This document shows positions 59,056 through 64,000 of a stretch of 64,000 nt of DNA, in pieces. Position numbers and translations under genes: made by a program. Every line of letters begins with the position of its first letter. Within the stretch, counting starts at the first letter, position 1. Under the pieces are notes generated by a model. That model had not been told where the DNA came from. It was given only the letters and a program-made list of their open reading frames with translations, and ran no database searches. Source of the stretch: Bdellovibrionales bacterium GWA1_52_35 (GTDB lineage: Bacteria; Bdellovibrionota; UBA1018); assembly GCA_001769805.1 (NCBI GenBank), contig MEPO01000011.1, positions 41,623 to 105,622 on the forward strand, written 5' to 3'.

Positions 59056-59847
59056 ATGGCGCATCAAACCGCATTTGCATCAGTCGGCTTAGCTATAGAC
59101 CAGTTACTCAGTTCTCTGAAAAGCGGGGGGCTCGCGGTTCAAACACCTTCCGCATCCGGAAAGACCTTGCTGGAGAAAGAGGGGCTGGCGCGCATGATTG
59201 ATCACACCCTTCTGAAACCAGACGCGACTGCCACTGATATCCGGAAGCTCTGTGAAGAAGCTTGTGCTTACAAATTTGCAACCGTCTGCGTGAATTCATC
59301 CTGGATTCCACTCGCTGCGGAACTTCTGCGTGACTCTCAGACCCAGCCCATTGCTGTTGTGGGATTTCCGCTGGGAGCCTGTCTGACGAGCGCCAAAGCT
59401 TTTGAAACAAAAGAAGCGATTCACCTCGGAGCCCGTGAAATTGATATGGTCCTTCAGATTGGCGCATTGAAAGATGGCAATCATGCCGCAGTTTTCGAGG
59501 ATATCCAGCAGGTCGTCGCGGCAGCCGGTCCCATTCTTGTTAAAGTTATTTTGGAGACCGCCCTCTTGAGCCAGGAACAGAAGGTAGTCGCCTGTGCTCT
59601 AGCCAAGGCTGCGGGAGCCGCCTTCGTAAAAACCTCAACCGGGTTCGTGCCCGGAGGTGCCACCGTCGAAGATATTTCCCTCATGAGGCAGGTTGTAGGA
59701 CCGACCCTGGGTGTGAAGGCTTCGGGTGGAATTCGATCCCATACGGATGCAATAAAAATGATTGAGGCAGGAGCAACCCGCATTGGAGCCTCCGCAAGCA
59801 TCACCATTGTCACACAGACCGGCGCCGCCCAAGCGGGTCAATACTGA
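59056..59847 (+). CDS. deoC: Deoxyribose-phosphate aldolase
   Basis: ..[12 protein letters not shown].. and ..VCVN.. are present, with Schiff-base lysine context ..AFVKTSTGF... 263 aa (long DeoC form). Confidence 0.9.
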   Translation: MAHQTAFASVGLAIDQLLSSLKSGGLAVQTPSASGKTLLEKEGLARMIDHTLLKPDATATDIRKLCEEACAYKFATVCVNSSWIPLAAELLRDSQTQPIAVVGFPLGACLTSAKAFETKEAIHLGAREIDMVLQIGALKDGNHAAVFEDIQQVVAAAGPILVKVILETALLSQEQKVVACALAKAAGAAFVKTSTGFVPGGATVEDISLMRQVVGPTLGVKASGGIRSHTDAIKMIEAGATRIGASASITIVTQTGAAQAGQY

Positions 59848-59858
59848 AAACCTTATCC

Positions 59859-61127
59859 ATGAATACAATAAACAAAGACTCTGAAATTTCCCTTTTTGAT
59901 CGCGTGATCTGGGTAGTTCTCGACGGCGTGGGGGCCGGAGAACTCCCAGACGCCAAACTCTATGGCGACCACGGCGCAAATACGCTCGGTAATCTTTCAC
60001 GCGCCCTGAAAACGCAAACCGGACGCCGCCTCGCGCTCCCGAATATGCAGGCTTGGGGTCTGGGCTCAATCACCTCGGTCGAAGGAATTGAACCCAAGCA
60101 CATCAGTTTCGGCGGCGAAGGCGCTTTCGGCCGCGCTCTCGAAAAGTCCCGAGGCAAAGATACTTCTTCCGGACACTGGGAAATGGCCGGACTCGTTGTC
60201 ATGAAACCATTTGCAACCTTTCCCAACGGCTTCTCGCAGGAAATCGTGGACCGCTGGGTGAAAGAAAACAATCTTCCCGGCGTTCTGGGCAACAAGGCTG
60301 CCAGTGGCACGGAGATCATCGAAGAACTCGGGCGGGAGCACCTCGAAACGGGCAAACCCATCCTGTATACCAGCGCGGACAGTGTCTGGCAGGTGGCGGC
60401 CCACGAAGAATTCTTCGGGCTCGAGCGGCTCTACTCCATTTGCAGATCGGCCCGAAAAATCTGTGATGAACTGCAGATCGGGCGCGTGATTGCCCGGCCC
60501 TTCATCGGGAATCCAGCGGAAGGCAAACCCTTCAAGCGCACTTATCACCGCAAAGATCTGTCCCAGCCCCCTTACAGTCCGACGTATCTGGACAAGCTCG
60601 TCAGCAATGGAATCCCCACTTTGGGCATTGGCAAGATTTCCGCGATTTTTGCGGGTCATGGCGTGGTCGACAATATCGATACCGCTGGAAATGCGGATGG
60701 CCTTCGCGTGCTGATTGAACAGCTGAAGATCGTGAAACGCGGCCTGATCTTCTGCAACCTCATCGATTTTGACATGCTCTATGGGCATCGCCGGGATGTT
60801 AAGGGTTTTGCCGAAGCCCTGGAGGAGTTTGACCGCGCCATTCCTGAAATCAAAGCCCAGATGAACCAACGCGATCTTCTGATTCTGGTTGCTGATCACG
60901 GCAATGATCCCACTTTTCGGGGGACGGACCATACGCGAGAATTTGCTCCGATTCTTGCTTACTCGCCGGTTCAGCAGGCTAAAGGACCCATTGATCTGGG
61001 AACCCGGGATACTTTCGCCGATCTCGGCGCGACAGTTTGTGAGGCGCTCTTGGGCAAAACCGGTCCGACCGAACTTGCGGGACGATCCTTTTTAAATGAG
61101 TTTTTGGGTGGAGCTTTGAATGATTAG
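59859..61127 (+). CDS. deoB: Phosphopentomutase
   Basis: Has ..[24 protein letters not shown].. and the metal site ..[11 protein letters not shown].. (DHG.DPT). 422 aa. Confidence 0.9.
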   Translation: MNTINKDSEISLFDRVIWVVLDGVGAGELPDAKLYGDHGANTLGNLSRALKTQTGRRLALPNMQAWGLGSITSVEGIEPKHISFGGEGAFGRALEKSRGKDTSSGHWEMAGLVVMKPFATFPNGFSQEIVDRWVKENNLPGVLGNKAASGTEIIEELGREHLETGKPILYTSADSVWQVAAHEEFFGLERLYSICRSARKICDELQIGRVIARPFIGNPAEGKPFKRTYHRKDLSQPPYSPTYLDKLVSNGIPTLGIGKISAIFAGHGVVDNIDTAGNADGLRVLIEQLKIVKRGLIFCNLIDFDMLYGHRRDVKGFAEALEEFDRAIPEIKAQMNQRDLLILVADHGNDPTFRGTDHTREFAPILAYSPVQQAKGPIDLGTRDTFADLGATVCEALLGKTGPTELAGRSFLNEFLGGALND

Positions 61128-62448
61128 TCCAGTCTGGATCATCGAGAAAAAGAGAGACGGCAAAGAGCTGACTGGGGATGAAATCCGCGGCTTTGTTCAG
61201 GGTTTAAAAACCGGAGACACCACCGATTATCAGGCAACGGCTTTTCTGATGGCAGTTTATTTCAACGGCATGACGCTGCAGGAAACGGTCGCATTGACCG
61301 AAGCCATGCTCAACAGCGGAGAGCGCTACAAGCTTTCACATATTCCGGGAGCCAAGGTGGACAAGCATTCCACGGGTGGTGTCGGCGATAAGGTTTCCCT
61401 GATCCTCGCGCCACTGGCGGCAGCCTGTGGTCTGAAAGTTCCGATGATGTCCGGACGCGGCCTGGGCCATAGCGGGGGCACACTGGACAAACTCGAAGCC
61501 ATTGCTGGTTTCACCGTGAACCTTTCGCAGGATCGTTTCGAAAAAATTCTCGCGGACACGGGTGTTGCCATGATTGGCCAGAGCGACAAAATCGCTCCGA
61601 TTGACAAAAAGCTCTATGCCTTGCGAGATGTCACCGGAACCGTCGAATGCATCCCCCTGATTGTCGCCTCGATTCTTTCAAAGAAGCTTGCCGAGGGCAC
61701 TGAGGCGCTGGTGCTGGACGTGAAAACCGGAAGTGGCGCCTTCATGAAGACACGCGATCAGGCCAAAAAGCTCGCAAAAACCCTTATTCAGGTCGCAAGG
61801 AAAATGGATCTCCCCTCCCGGGCGCTCGTCACCAACATGGGTCAACCGCTGGGCTTCGCTGTCGGAAACTCCCTGGAGGTTCTGGAATCCATTCAGATTC
61901 TGCGAAACGAGAAGCAGGGCGACCTGGGTTCCGCAGACCTCAAGGAACTTACAATCCAGCTCTGTGCCCATATGCTGGATGTTGGCAAGGCGGTAAAGAA
62001 TCTGACTGAAGGCCGTGCGCTTGCGCGGAAGAAGCTGGCCAACGGGAGTGCCTGGAAGGTTTTCCAGGAAATGGTCAAAATCCAGGGCGGATCCCTGGAG
62101 CAGATTCACGATACGTCCCTCTTGCCTCTTGCGCCCAATGTTCTGCAGCTCAAGACCAAAAAGCGGGGCTACGTGAACACGATGGACACCGAAGTGATCG
62201 GCAAGATTCTGGTCGAGCTCGGTGGCGGACGCAAAAAGGCCTCCGACAAAGTCGATCCAGGTGTCGGCATGCTCTTTCACAAGAAGATGGGGGCACGAGT
62301 GCAACCCGGAGACACCTTGGTTACCCTCTACGCGGCAGACCGCACCAGCACTGACGAGATCGAGCAAATTCTGGATACGCTCGGTGGCGCCATTCACATT
62401 GGAGAACTTCGCAAACCCATTCCGAAATTGATTTTGGAAGTATTTTAA
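61120..62448 (+). CDS. deoA: Thymidine/pyrimidine-nucleoside phosphorylase
   Basis: Has ..[14 protein letters not shown].. (phosphate loop) and ..[16 protein letters not shown]... 442 aa. Confidence 0.9.
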   Translation: MISPVWIIEKKRDGKELTGDEIRGFVQGLKTGDTTDYQATAFLMAVYFNGMTLQETVALTEAMLNSGERYKLSHIPGAKVDKHSTGGVGDKVSLILAPLAAACGLKVPMMSGRGLGHSGGTLDKLEAIAGFTVNLSQDRFEKILADTGVAMIGQSDKIAPIDKKLYALRDVTGTVECIPLIVASILSKKLAEGTEALVLDVKTGSGAFMKTRDQAKKLAKTLIQVARKMDLPSRALVTNMGQPLGFAVGNSLEVLESIQILRNEKQGDLGSADLKELTIQLCAHMLDVGKAVKNLTEGRALARKKLANGSAWKVFQEMVKIQGGSLEQIHDTSLLPLAPNVLQLKTKKRGYVNTMDTEVIGKILVELGGGRKKASDKVDPGVGMLFHKKMGARVQPGDTLVTLYAADRTSTDEIEQILDTLGGAIHIGELRKPIPKLILEVF

Positions 62449-62469
62449 AAAGCACGGAGAGCTTTTCAT

Positions 62470-63327
62470 ATGATTCATCCCGGCGTTTATCAAAAGATCA
62501 GAGAAGCGGTGGAAGCCATCCAGGAGCGGACCCCCATCAAGCCGGAAGTCGGCGTGATTCTGGGATCCGGCCTGGGAAGTGTTGCCGAGCAGGTGACCGA
62601 AGGGGTCACGATCGCTTACAATGAAATCCCTCATTTTCATGGAACCAGCATTGAAGGGCATGCGGGCCGCATGGTGGTTGGCAAGTTCAAAGGTGTTCCG
62701 ACGGTTTTTCTGCAGGGCCGCTTTCATCTTTATGAAGGTTACCCCATGGAAGACGTCGCCTTCCCGACCCGCGCCGTCTGCGGGCTGGGAATTCACACGA
62801 TCGTCCTGACCAATGCGGCGGGAGGGGTCAATCCGAATTTCAAATCGGGCGATCTGATGCTGATTCAGGATCACTTGAATCTCATGGGCGACAACCCCCT
62901 GAAGGGACCCAATCTTGCGCAACTCGGTCCACGGTTCCCAGATTTGACCGAAGCCTATCACCGGGACTGTCTCAAGATTCTCGAAGACTGCGCCCAGGAA
63001 ATCGGAATTCCGGTGAACAAGGGCATTTATGCCGGACTTCTCGGGCCCACGTACGAAACCCCTGCAGAAATCAGAATGTATCGAACGCTCGGGGCTGATG
63101 CGGTCGGAATGTCGACCGTGCCCGAAAGCATTGTCGCGAATCACCTCGGAGTGCGTGTTTGCGGAATCAGCTATATCTCCAATCTCGCCGCGGGGCTTTC
63201 GCCCGATAAACTCACGCACGAAGAAGTCATGCGGAACTCGAGTATCGGTGCCGGCAAACTATCCAGCCTTCTGCAACTCGCAATCCCGCGACTCACATTG
63301 AACCCAAAGACAAAGGGGGGCGTATGA
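62470..63327 (+). CDS. Purine nucleoside phosphorylase (trimeric PNP/PunA family)
   Basis: Has ..VILGSGLG.., ..GRFHLYEG.. and ..TNAAGG..; also ..VGMSTVPE... 285 aa. Confidence 0.85.
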   Translation: MIHPGVYQKIREAVEAIQERTPIKPEVGVILGSGLGSVAEQVTEGVTIAYNEIPHFHGTSIEGHAGRMVVGKFKGVPTVFLQGRFHLYEGYPMEDVAFPTRAVCGLGIHTIVLTNAAGGVNPNFKSGDLMLIQDHLNLMGDNPLKGPNLAQLGPRFPDLTEAYHRDCLKILEDCAQEIGIPVNKGIYAGLLGPTYETPAEIRMYRTLGADAVGMSTVPESIVANHLGVRVCGISYISNLAAGLSPDKLTHEEVMRNSSIGAGKLSSLLQLAIPRLTLNPKTKGGV

Positions 63328-63743
63328 AGAAAATGGCTCCTTCCATTCGCAAACTTTTTGACGCCGCCAAAAAAGCGCGTCTTCATTCCTACAGCCCCTA
63401 CAGCAATTGCAAGGTGGGTGCTGCGATCCGCACGAAGTCCGGAAAAATCTACGGCGGTTGCAACGTGGAAAACTCCTCTTACGGCGGGGCCATCTGTGCT
63501 GAACGCGGAGCGATCCAGACAGCAGTTGCCGCCGAGGGTAAAATACAAATTCGGGAGCTTCTGGTCGTTACGGATGCGAACCCACCCTGGCCGCCCTGCG
63601 GTTTGTGCCGACAGATCATTTCGGAATTTGCCGCTCCTGATCTGACCGTTCACCTGATGAACCTCAAGGGTCAGCAGATATCCGTCGCTTTTGACGCCAT
63701 CATGCCCCAGGCTTTCACTCCTGAACATTTGAACAAAGAATGA
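63324..63743 (+). CDS. cdd: Cytidine deaminase
   Basis: Zn ligands are CAERGAI and PCGLCRQ. 139 aa. ATGA overlap with the PNP stop. Confidence 0.9.
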   Translation: MKKMAPSIRKLFDAAKKARLHSYSPYSNCKVGAAIRTKSGKIYGGCNVENSSYGGAICAERGAIQTAVAAEGKIQIRELLVVTDANPPWPPCGLCRQIISEFAAPDLTVHLMNLKGQQISVAFDAIMPQAFTPEHLNKE

Positions 63744-64000
63744 AAACCCAGGAACAGTGGATTATCAACGGCACCCTGCTCACGCAGGACCAAAAACGCC
63801 GCGCGCTCAAGGCAAACCTTCAGCTCATCAACGGGCACATTGTGGCGATCACAAAGCGCCTGCCCCGTCGATCTGGAAGAACGACAATCATTGACGCCTC
63901 TGGGCTTACGATTCTTCCAGGTTTTGTCCAGGCGCATGTTCATCTCTGCCAAACGCTGTTTCGCAATCAGGCGGATGACATGGAGCTGCTCGACTGGCTT
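63740..64000 (+). CDS. Amidohydrolase-superfamily nucleobase/nucleoside deaminase (5' partial; guanine/adenosine-deaminase-like)
   Basis: Has ..LPGFVQAHVHLCQTLFRNQADDMELLDWL, which matches the N-terminal metal-binding HxH region of the TRZ/ATZ-SsnA/GuaD family. Truncated by the window end. Confidence 0.6.
   Translation, partial: MKTQEQWIINGTLLTQDQKRRALKANLQLINGHIVAITKRLPRRSGRTTIIDASGLTILPGFVQAHVHLCQTLFRNQADDMELLDWL

Overview
The window is dominated by two cell-surface glycan biosynthesis loci and ends in housekeeping genes. No rRNA, tRNA, CRISPR array or transposase was recognised, and the taxon cannot be assigned from the sequence alone.

**Block 1 (about 1-22.1 kb, visibly lower GC, roughly 45%)** is a Wzx/Wzy-type O-antigen-like cluster: a DegT-family sugar aminotransferase, Wzz, Wzy and Wzx homologues, a WecA/WbpL-family initiating transferase, gmd-fcl (GDP-fucose), an O-antigen-ligase-like protein and a GT4 transferase. 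It also contains two consecutive sets of GtrB/ArnC-like GT2, SAM methyltransferase and large polytopic membrane protein.

**Middle segment (about 22.6-32 kb)** carries a SET-domain gene whose stop overlaps the start of a hybrid histidine kinase, plus a phosphomannomutase, an AAA ATPase, a FecR-domain protein, glyoxalase I, a Zn-ADH and a DUF222/HNH endonuclease.

**Block 2 (about 32-54.5 kb, roughly 57% GC)** holds rfbB-A-D-C (dTDP-rhamnose). It also has a degraded gmd pseudogene next to an NDP-hexose C-methyltransferase and an Rmd/Gmd-family reductase, a polyprenyl-phosphate-mannose-synthase::methyltransferase fusion, two further GT2 genes and an SDR epimerase. Eight large multi-spanning membrane proteins (candidate GT-C transferases) lie here, among them an inverted paralogous pair with a conserved 8-Cys C-terminal domain.

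**End of window (54.5-64 kb):** prmA, an RNase E/G with a long acidic insertion inside its S1 domain, and a deoC-deoB-deoA-punA-cdd-amidohydrolase operon.

Many gene junctions are ATGA start/stop overlaps, which suggests translational coupling. Functional calls rest on motif recognition by eye; no database search was run.
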